From Escherichia coli (GTDB lineage Bacteria > Pseudomonadota > Gammaproteobacteria > Enterobacterales > Enterobacteriaceae), in assembly GCF_013315695.1 (NCBI RefSeq), contig NZ_CP054353.1: a DNA stretch of 64,000 nucleotides. One strand, 5' to 3'. The notes under the pieces were generated by a model. The model searched no databases and was not told the origin of the DNA. It was given only the letters and a program-made list of their open reading frames with translations. Each line of letters begins with the position of its first letter. Position 1 is the stretch's first letter. Below are positions 34,693 to 48,026 of this stretch, piece by piece. The translations under genes and the position numbers were made by a program.

Positions 34693-35176
34693 GGAGATAC
34701 TCCGCAGTTATGGCTGATACCGGACAACTGGCTGCACATGCTCCACATCCGTTGCAAAGTTGGCTATTAAGTTGCGGCTGGTAGATCCCGGAGAGCGTCG
34801 GGCGAAAGATAATTGCCATTGGCTCACAGCTATCCTGACAGCGGCGGCATTCAACTGTTTGATACGCCAGGCACACCTCCCCGATGGTGAACAGCAAATC
34901 CCAGGCCCTGGTGTGGCGCGGAGAAAATAGCGATTCGGGGCAAGCCTGCGCGCAGGCGTAACAGAAGCTGCACTCGTTATTTTTGAAATTAACGCTCGGA
35001 TAGCCGCCAGCGCCGCGTTGCAGGATGTTGTTTTCACAAGCATTAATACAGGCGTCGCAGCGGGTGCAATGGGTCAGAAAATGAGATTCATCACCGGACC
35101 AGGGCGGACGGATACCGTTACTGGCTTTGCGCCAGCGACCAGTGAGTATGCCCCGACGGGATGCATCAATCTTCAC
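34682..35176 (-). CDS. napF: Ferredoxin-type protein NapF
   Basis: 164-aa ORF with four Cys clusters; first gene of napFDAGHBC. Confidence 0.9.
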   Translation of the reverse strand: MKIDASRRGILTGRWRKASNGIRPPWSGDESHFLTHCTRCDACINACENNILQRGAGGYPSVNFKNNECSFCYACAQACPESLFSPRHTRAWDLLFTIGEVCLAYQTVECRRCQDSCEPMAIIFRPTLSGIYQPQLNSQLCNGCGACAASCPVSAITAEYLHAH

Positions 35177-35300
35177 ATTGACCTTCCATCATTAACGCGC
35201 TCTGAAAATTGAGAGCGACCAAATAAACCGCATAATTAATAAGCCATTTTTATAGCCGCTAAGATATTAAAGGATGTGTCAAAGATGCATACCCCGATCG

Positions 35301-35316
35301 GGGTAAAACCTGTAGC
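35301..35316 (-). promoter_or_regulatory. NarP/NarL 7-2-7 heptamer inverted-repeat site in the napF promoter
   Basis: Perfect palindrome taccccgatcggggta about 125 bp upstream of the napF start. Confidence 0.8.
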
Positions 35317-35321
35317 AGGAT

Positions 35322-35335
35322 CAAAAGAGTGGCGG
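35322..35335 (-). promoter_or_regulatory. Candidate FNR site of napF promoter
   Basis: TTGAT-N4-CTACA on the minus strand, centred about 20 bp upstream of the NarP site; imperfect second half-site. Confidence 0.4.
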
Positions 35336-35387
35336 GAAGCGTGGCAAAAACGGGCTTTTGCTCACATTTCAAATGGTTATAAACATA

Positions 35388-35413
35388 TTTATATAGCGAT
35401 TAATTCGCCAGAG
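35388..35413 (-). promoter_or_regulatory. Candidate ModE (molybdate) operator upstream of napF
   Basis: atcgctatataaatatgtttata on the minus strand resembles the ModE consensus half-site, about 90 bp upstream of the NarP site. Confidence 0.5.
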
Positions 35414-35583
35414 ATATTTCTGCTGGTTTGTTTTCTCATCAGAATTTAACACTAAAAGAGCAGGTAAAATTATCTGAATGTTCTTTAAGTTATTCATAAA
35501 GCAAATTAATAAATCTGATGAATATGTTAACCTTCAGCGACATCATCGGTGAAAACCTATAAATGAAGAAGGAAAGCAAAAAA

Positions 35584-36072
35584 ATGAAGACCATTCTACC
35601 TGCAGTATTGTTTGCCGCTTTCGCCACCACTTCCGCCTGGGCGGCAGAAAGCGTCCAGCCGCTGGAAAAAATCGCACCTTATCCACAAGCTGAAAAAGGC
35701 ATGAAGCGTCAGGTGATTCAGTTAACTCCGCAAGAAGATGAATCTACCCTGAAAGTAGAACTGTTAATCGGTCAGACGCTGGAAGTCGATTGCAATTTGC
35801 ATCGTCTCGGCGGGAAGCTGGAAAGCAAAACGCTGGAAGGCTGGGGCTATGATTATTATGTCTTTGATAAAGTTAGCTCGCCGGTTTCCACGATGATGGC
35901 CTGCCCGGATGGCAAGAAAGAGAAGAAATTTGTCACCGCGTATCTGGGCGATGCCGGAATGCTGCGTTATAACAGCAAGCTGCCGATCGTGGTGTATACG
36001 CCAGACAATGTGGATGTGAAGTACCGCATCTGGAAGGCGGAAGAGAAAATTGACAACGCGGTTGTTCGCTAA
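35584..36072 (+). CDS. eco: Ecotin, periplasmic serine protease inhibitor
   Basis: 162-aa product from [20 protein letters not shown] (signal peptide); ORF-track start at 35563 is an upstream extension. Confidence 0.93.
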   Translation: MKTILPAVLFAAFATTSAWAAESVQPLEKIAPYPQAEKGMKRQVIQLTPQEDESTLKVELLIGQTLEVDCNLHRLGGKLESKTLEGWGYDYYVFDKVSSPVSTMMACPDGKKEKKFVTAYLGDAGMLRYNSKLPIVVYTPDNVDVKYRIWKAEEKIDNAVVR

Positions 36073-36084
36073 ACTACTGTGAAG

Positions 36085-36215
36085 TGCTGCAACCCGTAGG
36101 CCGAATAAGGCGGTTACGCTGCATCCGACATCTAACGCCCGAGCCGGTTGCCTGATGCGACGCTGACGCGTCTTATCAGCATACGCCACATCCGGCAAAC
36201 CATGCCGGATGTGGC
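36085..36215. repeat. REP (repetitive extragenic palindromic) elements between eco and mqo
   Basis: Palindromic units gcctgatgcgacgctgacgcgtcttatcag and catccggcaaaccatgccggatg. Confidence 0.75.
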
Positions 36216-36221
36216 ACATCA

Positions 36222-37880
<1,659 letters not shown>

Positions 37881-38085
37881 TTACTTTTAGTCGCTTTATT
37901 GCAGGTGAGATTTGCGCGGCATCAACGGTAACACTTAAGTAACAACATTTAAATAATGTTTATAAATTATATTCTAATTTTAGAAACATTATAATTTCGT
38001 TGATTAATTATAGGGTTATTAGAAATGAAGGGATTTTTAGCATATTGACCTGGCGGCAGCAGTCCGCCAGGTCAGCGTCGAAATA

Positions 38086-39729
38086 TTATGCCGTCCGGGC
38101 AACGGCATCACGCGAAGCAGCATCGCGCTCTTCGCCTGTCAGCTCGCTAAGTTGCCCGTTGCGCATTTCCAGCAGGCGGTCAGCGTGGATAAAGTAATGA
38201 TCATCATGACTGATGGCGAATATGGTTTTACCCATCTCCTGCATCAGCGGCAGCAGCACCTGATAAAACTCACGGCGGAAGTGTGGGTCCTGATCCGCCG
38301 CCCATTCATCCAGCAGGATAATATCGCGTTCTTCTGCCAGCGCCAGCAACAGCGCGACGCGTTTTTTCTGCCCTTTTGATAACTTCAGGTTAACAATACG
38401 CCCGTTACTTAACTCAAGCTTATGAGCCATTTTCAGCTGCGCCAGCCACTTCTCAACCAGTTGCGGGTTAACGGGTTGCCCCTCCGGCCCCAGCAGTTGA
38501 TCAAACAGCCAGACATCGGTAAACACTGCCGAAAACAGTTTGCGATAATCTTCCGGTTGTTCGCCGCTGACAGGTTTGCCATCCAGCAAGATTTCGCCGC
38601 TTTGTGGCTGATACAAGCCCGTCAGCAACATCGCCAGCGTCGATTTTCCGCTACCGTTGCCACCAATCAGAAACAGCAGTTCGCCACGTTTGATGGTGAG
38701 GTTAATCGGCCCAACGGAAAACGCGTTATCCTGATAAGCAAACGTCACGTTACGCAGCTCCAGCGTTTGCCAGTTGGGAAACGCCTGCGGGCGCGGAAAC
38801 TCTGCTTTGAAAGGCGCGAGCGCGAATTTGTTCAGCTTGTTAAACGCCACCTGCGCCGTCAGCAGCGTCGGTAATGCGCCAACCGCCGAAAGCAGCGGCG
38901 TACGCAGGAATAACAGCGTCAACGAATAGGTCGCGGCAACGTTGGTATCAGCCCAACCGAGACTGTTCGCCATCCAGAACACCAGGCCGATAGCGCCCAG
39001 CATCATGATGTTTGACCAGTTCACGGCACTAAGATGGAAGGTGTCTGCGCGGATAATATGATGGCGATACTCTTGCGCATCAGGAATGTAGAGGTTGTTA
39101 AACACATACTCGGCGCGTTCCCGGTTCAGAGTCAGCTCTTTGCGCCCTTCGAGTACGGTTTGAAAATCCGTGTACAGCTTATCTTCGGTTTCACGCAGGG
39201 TCGCCATATGTTTGTACACCCGCGCCACCAGTATAAAACCACCCCAGATGGTGACTGCCATCCAGATAGCCGTTACCAGCAACATTTTGCCCGACAGCAT
39301 CCACAAATACGCCGCTGAACCGATAGTGAGAATGATCCCCTGCACCAGTTCCGGCAGACGCACAAAAGCAATGGTGATATTGCGCACATCGCTGGTTAAC
39401 CCCGCCAGCAACGAGGCGCTACCAAGTTGTTCAATGCGCTCGACATGGGTATCCAGAATCCGCTTGATAAATTCACTACGCAGTCGGTAAACGAAGTGAT
39501 GCCCCAAAGTGGTGAGCGCCAGTTGCGATCCGAGAGTGACTGCCATCAACAGCAACAATAATCCCAGAAACTCCGGCAACACCAGCAGACTGGTATCCGC
39601 CGTTTCGATAAGGCGCTGATTGATAAAAGCAATTAAGCCAATGCCTAATGCCGCACTGGCGAGGCTTAGCGCCATCACACTGATAAATGGCCAGCGATAC
39701 TGCCGCCAGACAAGTACAAGAAGTTCCAT
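38086..39729 (-). CDS. yojI: ABC exporter YojI (microcin J25 efflux), fused TM and ATPase domains
   Basis: 547-aa ORF; N-terminal 6-TM domain, C-terminal Walker A (GGNGSGKST) and Walker B ([11 protein letters not shown]). Confidence 0.9.
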   Translation of the reverse strand: MELLVLVWRQYRWPFISVMALSLASAALGIGLIAFINQRLIETADTSLLVLPEFLGLLLLLMAVTLGSQLALTTLGHHFVYRLRSEFIKRILDTHVERIEQLGSASLLAGLTSDVRNITIAFVRLPELVQGIILTIGSAAYLWMLSGKMLLVTAIWMAVTIWGGFILVARVYKHMATLRETEDKLYTDFQTVLEGRKELTLNRERAEYVFNNLYIPDAQEYRHHIIRADTFHLSAVNWSNIMMLGAIGLVFWMANSLGWADTNVAATYSLTLLFLRTPLLSAVGALPTLLTAQVAFNKLNKFALAPFKAEFPRPQAFPNWQTLELRNVTFAYQDNAFSVGPINLTIKRGELLFLIGGNGSGKSTLAMLLTGLYQPQSGEILLDGKPVSGEQPEDYRKLFSAVFTDVWLFDQLLGPEGQPVNPQLVEKWLAQLKMAHKLELSNGRIVNLKLSKGQKKRVALLLALAEERDIILLDEWAADQDPHFRREFYQVLLPLMQEMGKTIFAISHDDHYFIHADRLLEMRNGQLSELTGEERDAASRDAVARTA

Positions 39730-39804
39730 GCAGAAAACCCGGACAATGAATTACAGCCCGCAGTTTAAACATCTTCGCGCGCACAGCAATAATAATTCTT
39801 ATTT

Positions 39805-40455
39805 TTATTCTTTTTTACCTGCCTGCCGGAATGTCAGGTTGTAGCGGCAGTCGGTGGTGAGTGGATGCCCCCCCACTTTCAACGGTTGAATGCCATGATA
39901 AAACAGCCGCGACTCACCACCCCATACCACCACATCGCCATGTTCCAACAACAAACGTTTGAGCGGATCATTTCGTTTCAGGCCGCCAAATTGAAAAATC
40001 GCGGGTAAGCCCAGAGAAACAGAAACAATTGGCGCGCGCAGATCCGGTTCGTCTTTATCCTGATGCAGCGACAGTTTCGCGCCAGGAACGTAGCGGTTGA
40101 TCAAACAGGCATCTGGCTGGAAATCTGGATAGCCCGCCGCCGTAGCCGCACGTTGGCATAAATCATGAAAACTCTGCGGCATGGCGGGCCACGGTTTATT
40201 TGTTTGCGGATCAATGGGCGAATAGAGATAACCTTGCCGATGGGTCGTCCAGCCCAGATGCCCACAGTTGGTCATCGCCACCGACATGGTATATCCGCCT
40301 GGAGTGACCATCTGGCGAAACGGCGACTGGCTGGCAACGTCATTAATATCGCGGATTAGTTGCTCCGCAGCGTTAAAAGCAAAACGGTGCAAAATCACCG
40401 CTCCAGCCGCCAGTGGTTCTTGCCACGGTTCAGCATCAGCAAACAGATCCAACAT
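39805..40455 (-). CDS. alkB: Alpha-ketoglutarate/Fe(II)-dependent DNA dealkylase AlkB
   Basis: 216-aa ORF; stop/start overlap with ada. Confidence 0.93.
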   Translation of the reverse strand: MLDLFADAEPWQEPLAAGAVILHRFAFNAAEQLIRDINDVASQSPFRQMVTPGGYTMSVAMTNCGHLGWTTHRQGYLYSPIDPQTNKPWPAMPQSFHDLCQRAATAAGYPDFQPDACLINRYVPGAKLSLHQDKDEPDLRAPIVSVSLGLPAIFQFGGLKRNDPLKRLLLEHGDVVVWGGESRLFYHGIQPLKVGGHPLTTDCRYNLTFRQAGKKE

Positions 40456-41519
40456 TACCTTTCCTCATTTTCAGCTTCGCGGCGCAGCAGTTGCGCTTTG
40501 CGCGACACGCCCCAGCGGTAACCGGAAAGTGTGCCATCACCACGGACCACCCGATGACAGGGTATTATGATAGCCAGCTTGTTGGCGGCACAGGCACTGG
40601 CAACGGCCCGTACCGCTTTCGGTTTGCCGATGGCATTAGCCAGTTGCTGATAACTGACGGTTTCACCGCAAGGTATCGTGCGCAGGGCCTGCCAGACTTG
40701 TTGCTGAAAAGCAGTGCCGCGAATGTCCAGCGGTAACGTCAGCGGCGTATCGCGTTGATTGAGGCTGGCGATCACTTCACGCACATGTTGCTGAAACGTC
40801 AGATCGGCAGGCGCGTTGTCGGCAGCGGGAAACATCTGCTGCAACTCGCTGATTAATGTCGCATCATCATCGCCCAACAATATCGCGCAAATCCCCCGCT
40901 CGCTTTCTGCCACCAGGCAACGGCCCAGCTCACAATCAGCCAGCGCGTAACGCACCGCCAGATTTTCGCCACCGTGACGGAATTGTTTAGCCGTCATGCC
41001 CAGCGTTTCATCGGCTTTACGGTAGTAACTGCTGCCGTCGGGAAATCCGGCATTGAGAATCGCCTGAGTCACGCTCTCCCCTTTTGCCAGAGACTCCCGC
41101 AATCGGCGAGCACGCCAGGCCTGCTGCCAGGCTTTCGGCGTCATTCCGGTAGTCGCTTTAAACAATCTATGCAAATGGAACGGACTCATCGCCACCTGGT
41201 CGGCTAAGGCTTCCAGCGTTACAGGCGTTTCCTGTTCCAGAAGTCGGCAGGCGTGGGTAATTTTATCAAGGCGATGTTGCTGGGCATTGGCTTTGTCTGG
41301 CTGACAACGTTTGCAGGGGCGAAATCCGGCGGCGAGTGCCTCGCTGGCATTTGCGTAGAAGGAGACATTTTCCCGCAAGGCATGTCTGGCGCGGCAAGAC
41401 GGACGGCAAAAGATACCTGTGGTGCGCACGGCGAAAACGAATTCGCCGTCGGCATTCGGGTCGCGGGCTAAGACAGATTGCCAGCGTTGATCGTCTGTTA
41501 AGCATGTGGCGTTTTTCAT
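40455..41519 (-). CDS. ada: Bifunctional Ada regulator / O6-methylguanine-DNA methyltransferase
   Basis: 354-aa ORF; N-terminal Cys-rich zinc methyl-acceptor domain, AraC-type HTH, C-terminal PCHRV active site. Confidence 0.95.
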   Translation of the reverse strand: MKNATCLTDDQRWQSVLARDPNADGEFVFAVRTTGIFCRPSCRARHALRENVSFYANASEALAAGFRPCKRCQPDKANAQQHRLDKITHACRLLEQETPVTLEALADQVAMSPFHLHRLFKATTGMTPKAWQQAWRARRLRESLAKGESVTQAILNAGFPDGSSYYRKADETLGMTAKQFRHGGENLAVRYALADCELGRCLVAESERGICAILLGDDDATLISELQQMFPAADNAPADLTFQQHVREVIASLNQRDTPLTLPLDIRGTAFQQQVWQALRTIPCGETVSYQQLANAIGKPKAVRAVASACAANKLAIIIPCHRVVRGDGTLSGYRWGVSRKAQLLRREAENEER

Positions 41520-41584
41520 AATCTGCTCCCTGGTTAAGGATAGCCTTTAGTCTGCCCGGTCACCATCGCGCAAAAACCAACAAT

Positions 41585-41599
41585 CTTGCGCTTTAATTT
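41585..41599 (-). promoter_or_regulatory. Candidate Ada box in the ada promoter
   Basis: Minus-strand aaattaaagcgcaag contains the AAAGCGCA Ada-box core, about 65-80 bp upstream of the ada start. Confidence 0.5.
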
Positions 41600-42648
41600 T
41601 TTTCGCTGATAAGGAAGCTTTTAAACTGCGGCGACATCCAGGTTTTAAAGCTATCGCCCTCTTTGGTGATCATATAGACCGCCAGCCCTTCCCGGCGAAC
41701 AACTTCTTTGGCTTTATCCGGCCCGAGCACCATCAAACCTGTGTCCCAGGCGTCGGCTTCCAGCGCCGTCGGGGCAATCACCGTCACGGATACCAGATTA
41801 TGTTCAATGGGACGCCCGGTTTGCGGATCGATAACATGAGAAAGACGTTTGCCGTCCAGTTCGTAATAGTTACGGTAGCTGCCAGAGGTGCTAATGCCAT
41901 GACCGTTGATATCCACCACGGCCTGAACCGCGTTTTCTTTATCGGTTGGTTTTTGAATCGCTACCCGCCACGGCTGGCCTTCAACGTTCATACCACGGCT
42001 GTTCAGCGCGCCGCCCACCGACACCAGATAGCGGGAAATCCCTTCCTGCTCCATCAAGCGTGCCAGATGATCCGCCGCATAGCCTTCGCCGACGGTAGAG
42101 AGATCGACATATAAATCCGGCAGGTTTTTTTGCAGATATTGCTGATGCGACTGATTAATGACCGTCAGGTGCTGTAAGCCGGTTTTGGCTTTCATCGCAT
42201 CGATCTGTTCCTGACTCGGAATTTGAACCGGCTGTTGTTCCGGACCGAAACCCCACAGATTCACCAGCGGCCCGACGGTTATATCCATCGCGCCATCGGT
42301 CTTCGCGCCAATGCGTAGCGAGGTGGTGACGATATCGGCCATCGCTTCACTTACCGGCCACGGCGACAAACTTTGCGAGTCGTTAAAGCGCATCAGCGCG
42401 GAATCTTTTTTATAGGTCGAAAGCAGCTGATCGTCGGCGTCCAGCTGGGTCTGAATCTTTTCTTTAAGTTCGGCACTGCGTTTGGCGTCAATGCCCGGGA
42501 TGCTGGCACGCCAGAAGGTACCCATAGTTTTGCCTTCAAGAACGGTAACTTCAGTAGCGTGGGTTTTGGCGGGTTGTGGTTTTTGATCGCAACCAACAAA
42601 GAAGAGCGCGGCAGCCAGCAGTGCCACGCGGGTAAAGCTTATTTCCAT
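41593..42648 (-). CDS. apbE: FAD:protein FMN transferase ApbE lipoprotein
   Basis: 351-aa ORF with lipoprotein signal (FFVGCDQ). Confidence 0.9.
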   Translation of the reverse strand: MEISFTRVALLAAALFFVGCDQKPQPAKTHATEVTVLEGKTMGTFWRASIPGIDAKRSAELKEKIQTQLDADDQLLSTYKKDSALMRFNDSQSLSPWPVSEAMADIVTTSLRIGAKTDGAMDITVGPLVNLWGFGPEQQPVQIPSQEQIDAMKAKTGLQHLTVINQSHQQYLQKNLPDLYVDLSTVGEGYAADHLARLMEQEGISRYLVSVGGALNSRGMNVEGQPWRVAIQKPTDKENAVQAVVDINGHGISTSGSYRNYYELDGKRLSHVIDPQTGRPIEHNLVSVTVIAPTALEADAWDTGLMVLGPDKAKEVVRREGLAVYMITKEGDSFKTWMSPQFKSFLISEKN

Positions 42649-42699
42649 ACGTGATTATCCTCATGCGAACGGTCGCAAGAGTACACCAAAAAACTGTGT

Positions 42700-42726
42700 T
42701 TGTACGCTGAAAACAATGAAAAAAGG
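42700..42726 (-). terminator. Rho-independent terminator of ompC
   Basis: Minus strand reads aacaaagggcctgcgggcccttttt: GC hairpin plus T-run. Confidence 0.75.
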
Positions 42727-42759
42727 GCCCGCAGGCCCTTTGTTCGATATAAATCGAGA

Positions 42760-43878
<1,119 letters not shown>

Positions 43879-43899
43879 TTATATGCCTTTATTTGCTTT

Positions 43900-44060
43900 T
43901 TTATGCCACTGCATACTGATTAACCCTCATTAATCAGTCGGCAGGTCCATTCTCCCCAAAAATGCAGAATAATCCAACACGAATATGATACTAAAACTTT
44001 TAAGATGTTTCATTTATCGCTATAGATGTTTCAAAATGTAAATACAAGGGAACTTTTTAA
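43900..44060 (-). promoter_or_regulatory. ompC promoter region with OmpR-binding sites
   Basis: AT-rich segment with repeated tttacat/gaaacat-like OmpR half-site motifs upstream of ompC and divergent from micF. Confidence 0.5.
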
Positions 44061-44196
44061 GATTATTGCGGAATGGCGAAATAAGCACCTAACATCAAGC
44101 AATAATAATTCAAGGTTAAAATCAATAACTTATTCTTAAGTATTTGACAGCACTGAATGTCAAAACAAAACCTTCACTCGCAACTAGAATAACTCC

Positions 44197-44289
44197 CGCT
44201 ATCATCATTAACTTTATTTATTACCGTCATTCATTTCTGAATGTCTGTTTACCCCTATTTCAACCGGATGCCTCGCATCCGGTTTTTTT
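44197..44289 (+). ncRNA. micF: MicF antisense sRNA (represses ompF)
   Basis: Sequence gctatcatcattaactttatttattaccgtcattcatttctgaatgtctgtttacccctatttcaaccggatgcctcgcatccggtttttttt ending in a terminator hairpin; divergent from ompC. Confidence 0.9.
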
Positions 44290-44601
44290 TACCCTTCTTT
44301 ACACACTTTTCATTATTCTGTGCTACCACAGAAAAACTATAACGCTTGTTAACTATTTCACAAATAATTAACATCAGCATAATTTCCAGCAATCTTCGTT
44401 TATTTGCAATTAATTTCGTTGGGCTTTTTGTAGGTTATTTGTACAGCAAAATGGCGCTTGTACATCTATTTCCCCCAATGCAGGATGATAAATATCACGG
44501 GAGAATAGAAAATCATCAATCAGGTAAGAGTCTGGAATTTCACACTGTACCCTTTATACTGCCCTATCACTTCGCGAAGTTTTAACAGGTCATAAACACG
44601 A

Positions 44602-47274
44602 ATGCGTCAGAAAGAGACAACGGCCACGACCCGCTTTTCACTCCTACCGGGGAGCATTACCCGCTTCTTTTTACTGTTGATCATTGTGTTACTGGTGACG
44701 ATGGGGGTAATGGTACAAAGCGCCGTTAACGCCTGGCTGAAAGATAAAAGTTACCAGATTGTCGACATTACCCACGCTATCCAAAAGCGAGTCGATACCT
44801 GGCGTTACGTGACCTGGCAGATCTACGACAACATTGCCGCGACAACCTCCCCCTCCTCCGGCGAAGGTTTACAAGAGACGCGCCTGAAACAGGATGTCTA
44901 CTATCTGGAGAAACCACGCCGCAAAACGGAAGCGTTAATCTTTGGCTCTCACGACAACTCAACGCTTGAGATGACTCAACGGATGTCCACTTATCTGGAT
45001 ACATTGTGGGGCGCAGAAAATGTACCGTGGTCGATGTATTACCTGAATGGTCAGGATAACAGTCTGGTGCTGATCTCAACCCTACCCCTCAAAGATCTCA
45101 CCTCCGGATTTAAAGAATCGACCGTCAGCGACATTGTTGATTCACGTCGTGCAGAGATGTTGCAACAGGCCAACGCCCTCGATGAACGCGAAAGCTTTTC
45201 TAACATGCGCCGCCTGGCCTGGCAGAACGGTCATTACTTTACCTTGCGTACTACCTTTAACCAGCCAGGACATCTGGCAACGGTCGTGGCTTTTGATCTG
45301 CCGATTAATGATTTGATCCCACCGGGTATGCCGCTGGACAGTTTCCGCCTTGAGCCAGACGCGACGGCAACGGGAAACAATGATAATGAGAAAGAAGGGA
45401 CGGATAGCGTCAGTATCCACTTTAACAGTACGAAGATTGAAATCTCCTCGGCACTCAACTCTACCGATATGCGCCTGGTCTGGCAGGTTCCTTATGGCAC
45501 CTTATTGCTGGATACGTTGCAAAACATTCTGCTGCCACTGCTGCTGAACATCGGTTTGCTGGCGCTGGCGTTATTTGGCTATACCACATTCCGCCATTTC
45601 TCCAGCCGCAGTACAGAAAGCGTCCCCAGCACGGCGGTCAATAACGAATTGCGCATTTTACGGGCAATTAATGAAGAGATAGTCTCACTGCTGCCGCTCG
45701 GCCTGCTGGTTCACGATCAGGAATCGAACCGCACAGTCATAAGTAACAAAATTGCCGATCATTTGCTGCCGCATTTGAATCTGCAAAACATCACCACCAT
45801 GGCGGAACAGCATCAGGGGATTATTCAGGCGACGATCAATAACGAGCTGTATGAGATCCGCATGTTCCGCAGCCAGGTTGCGCCGCGCACACAAATTTTC
45901 ATTATTCGCGATCAGGATCGCGAAGTGCTGGTAAACAAGAAACTCAAGCAGGCGCAGCGTCTGTATGAGAAAAACCAGCAGGGGCGGATGACCTTTATGA
46001 AAAACATTGGCGATGCGCTGAAAGAACCCGCACAGTCCCTGGCGGAGAGCGCGGCTAAACTCAACGCCCCGGAAGGCAAACAACTGGCGAATCAGGCAGA
46101 TGTGCTGGTGCGGCTGGTCGATGAAATACAGTTAGCGAACATGCTTGCGGACGATAGCTGGAAAAGTGAGACGGTGCTGTTCTCCGTGCAGGATTTAATT
46201 GATGAAGTTGTGCCTTCAGTGTTGCCTGCCATCAAGCGTAAAGGTCTGCAACTGCTGATTAACAATCATCTGAAAGCACACGATATGCGCCGCGGCGATC
46301 GCGATGCCTTACGACGTATTTTGCTGCTACTGATGCAATATGCCGTGACCTCAACGCAATTGGGAAAAATCACCCTTGAGGTTGTTCAGGATGAGTCCTC
46401 CGAAGACCGCCTGACGTTCCGCATTCTGGACACCGGAGAAGGCGTAAGCATTCATGAAATGGATAATTTGCACTTCCCGTTTATCAACCAGACCCAAAAC
46501 GATCGCTATGGCAAGGCGGACCCGCTGGCATTCTGGCTGAGCGATCAACTGGCGCGTAAACTGGGCGGTCATTTAAACATCAAAACGCGGGATGGGCTTG
46601 GTACACGCTACTCTGTGCATATCAAAATGCTCGCAGCTGACCCGGAAGTTGAAGAGGAAGAAGAGCGTTTACTGGATGATGTCTGCGTAATGGTGGATGT
46701 TACTTCGGCAGAAATTCGGAATATTGTCACTCGCCAGTTAGAAAATTGGGGTGCAACCTGTATCACACCCGATGAAAGATTAATTAGTCAAGATTATGAT
46801 ATCTTTTTAACGGATAATCCGTCTAATCTTACTGCCTCTGGCTTGCTTTTAAGCGATGATGAGTCTGGCGTACGGGAAATTGGGCCTGGTCAATTGTGCG
46901 TCAACTTCAATATGAGCAACGCTATGCAGGAAGCGGTCTTACAATTAATTGAAGTGCAACTGGCGCAGGAAGAGGTGACAGAATCGCCTCTGGGCGGAGA
47001 TGAAAATGCGCAACTCCATGCCAGCGGCTATTATGCGCTCTTTGTAGACACAGTACCGGATGATGTTAAGAGGCTGTATACTGAAGCAGCAACCAGTGAC
47101 TTTGCTGCGTTAGCCCAAACGGCTCATCGTCTTAAAGGCGTATTTGCCATGCTAAATCTGGTACCCGGCAAGCAGTTATGTGAAACGCTGGAACATCTGA
47201 TTCGTGAGAAGGATGTTCCAGGAATAGAAAAATACATCAGCGACATTGACAGTTATGTCAAGAGCTTGCTGTAG
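44602..47274 (+). CDS. rcsD: Rcs phosphorelay phosphotransfer protein RcsD (YojN)
   Basis: 890-aa ORF with N-terminal TM segments, degenerate kinase-like region and C-terminal HPt domain. Confidence 0.92.
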   Translation: MRQKETTATTRFSLLPGSITRFFLLLIIVLLVTMGVMVQSAVNAWLKDKSYQIVDITHAIQKRVDTWRYVTWQIYDNIAATTSPSSGEGLQETRLKQDVYYLEKPRRKTEALIFGSHDNSTLEMTQRMSTYLDTLWGAENVPWSMYYLNGQDNSLVLISTLPLKDLTSGFKESTVSDIVDSRRAEMLQQANALDERESFSNMRRLAWQNGHYFTLRTTFNQPGHLATVVAFDLPINDLIPPGMPLDSFRLEPDATATGNNDNEKEGTDSVSIHFNSTKIEISSALNSTDMRLVWQVPYGTLLLDTLQNILLPLLLNIGLLALALFGYTTFRHFSSRSTESVPSTAVNNELRILRAINEEIVSLLPLGLLVHDQESNRTVISNKIADHLLPHLNLQNITTMAEQHQGIIQATINNELYEIRMFRSQVAPRTQIFIIRDQDREVLVNKKLKQAQRLYEKNQQGRMTFMKNIGDALKEPAQSLAESAAKLNAPEGKQLANQADVLVRLVDEIQLANMLADDSWKSETVLFSVQDLIDEVVPSVLPAIKRKGLQLLINNHLKAHDMRRGDRDALRRILLLLMQYAVTSTQLGKITLEVVQDESSEDRLTFRILDTGEGVSIHEMDNLHFPFINQTQNDRYGKADPLAFWLSDQLARKLGGHLNIKTRDGLGTRYSVHIKMLAADPEVEEEEERLLDDVCVMVDVTSAEIRNIVTRQLENWGATCITPDERLISQDYDIFLTDNPSNLTASGLLLSDDESGVREIGPGQLCVNFNMSNAMQEAVLQLIEVQLAQEEVTESPLGGDENAQLHASGYYALFVDTVPDDVKRLYTEAATSDFAALAQTAHRLKGVFAMLNLVPGKQLCETLEHLIREKDVPGIEKYISDIDSYVKSLL

Positions 47275-47290
47275 CAAGGTAGCCTATTAC

Positions 47291-47941
47291 ATGAACAATA
47301 TGAACGTAATTATTGCCGATGACCATCCGATAGTCTTGTTCGGTATTCGCAAATCACTTGAGCAAATTGAGTGGGTGAATGTTGTCGGCGAATTTGAAGA
47401 CTCTACAGCACTGATCAACAACCTGCCGAAACTGGATGCGCATGTGTTGATTACCGATCTCTCCATGCCTGGCGATAAGTACGGCGATGGCATTACCTTA
47501 ATCAAGTACATCAAGCGCCATTTCCCAAGCCTGTCGATCATTGTTCTGACTATGAACAACAACCCGGCGATTCTTAGTGCGGTATTGGATCTGGATATCG
47601 AGGGGATCGTGCTGAAACAAGGTGCACCGACCGATCTGCCGAAAGCTCTCGCCGCGCTGCAGAAAGGGAAGAAATTTACCCCGGAAAGCGTTTCTCGCCT
47701 GTTGGAAAAAATCAGTGCTGGTGGTTACGGTGACAAGCGTCTATCGCCAAAAGAGAGTGAAGTTCTGCGCCTGTTTGCGGAAGGCTTCCTGGTGACCGAG
47801 ATCGCTAAAAAGCTGAACCGCAGTATTAAAACCATCAGTAGCCAGAAGAAATCTGCGATGATGAAGCTGGGTGTCGAGAACGATATCGCCCTGCTGAATT
47901 ATCTCTCTTCAGTGACGTTAAGTCCGGCAGATAAAGACTAA
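47291..47941 (+). CDS. rcsB: Rcs response regulator RcsB
   Basis: 216-aa product from MNNMNVIIADDHP; receiver domain plus LuxR-type HTH; ORF-track start at 47246 is an upstream extension. Confidence 0.95.
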   Translation: MNNMNVIIADDHPIVLFGIRKSLEQIEWVNVVGEFEDSTALINNLPKLDAHVLITDLSMPGDKYGDGITLIKYIKRHFPSLSIIVLTMNNNPAILSAVLDLDIEGIVLKQGAPTDLPKALAALQKGKKFTPESVSRLLEKISAGGYGDKRLSPKESEVLRLFAEGFLVTEIAKKLNRSIKTISSQKKSAMMKLGVENDIALLNYLSSVTLSPADKD

Positions 47942-47944
47942 TCA

Positions 47945-48025
47945 CCTGTAGGCCAGATAAGACGCGTTAGTGTCTTATCTGGCATTTGCACTGAATGCCA
48001 GATGCGGCGTAAACGCCTTATCCGT
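47945..48025. repeat. REP elements between convergent rcsB and rcsC
   Basis: Imperfect palindromes ggccagataagacgcg...tcttatctggc and gccagatgcggcgtaaacgccttatccg. Confidence 0.7.
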
Positions 48026-48026
48026 C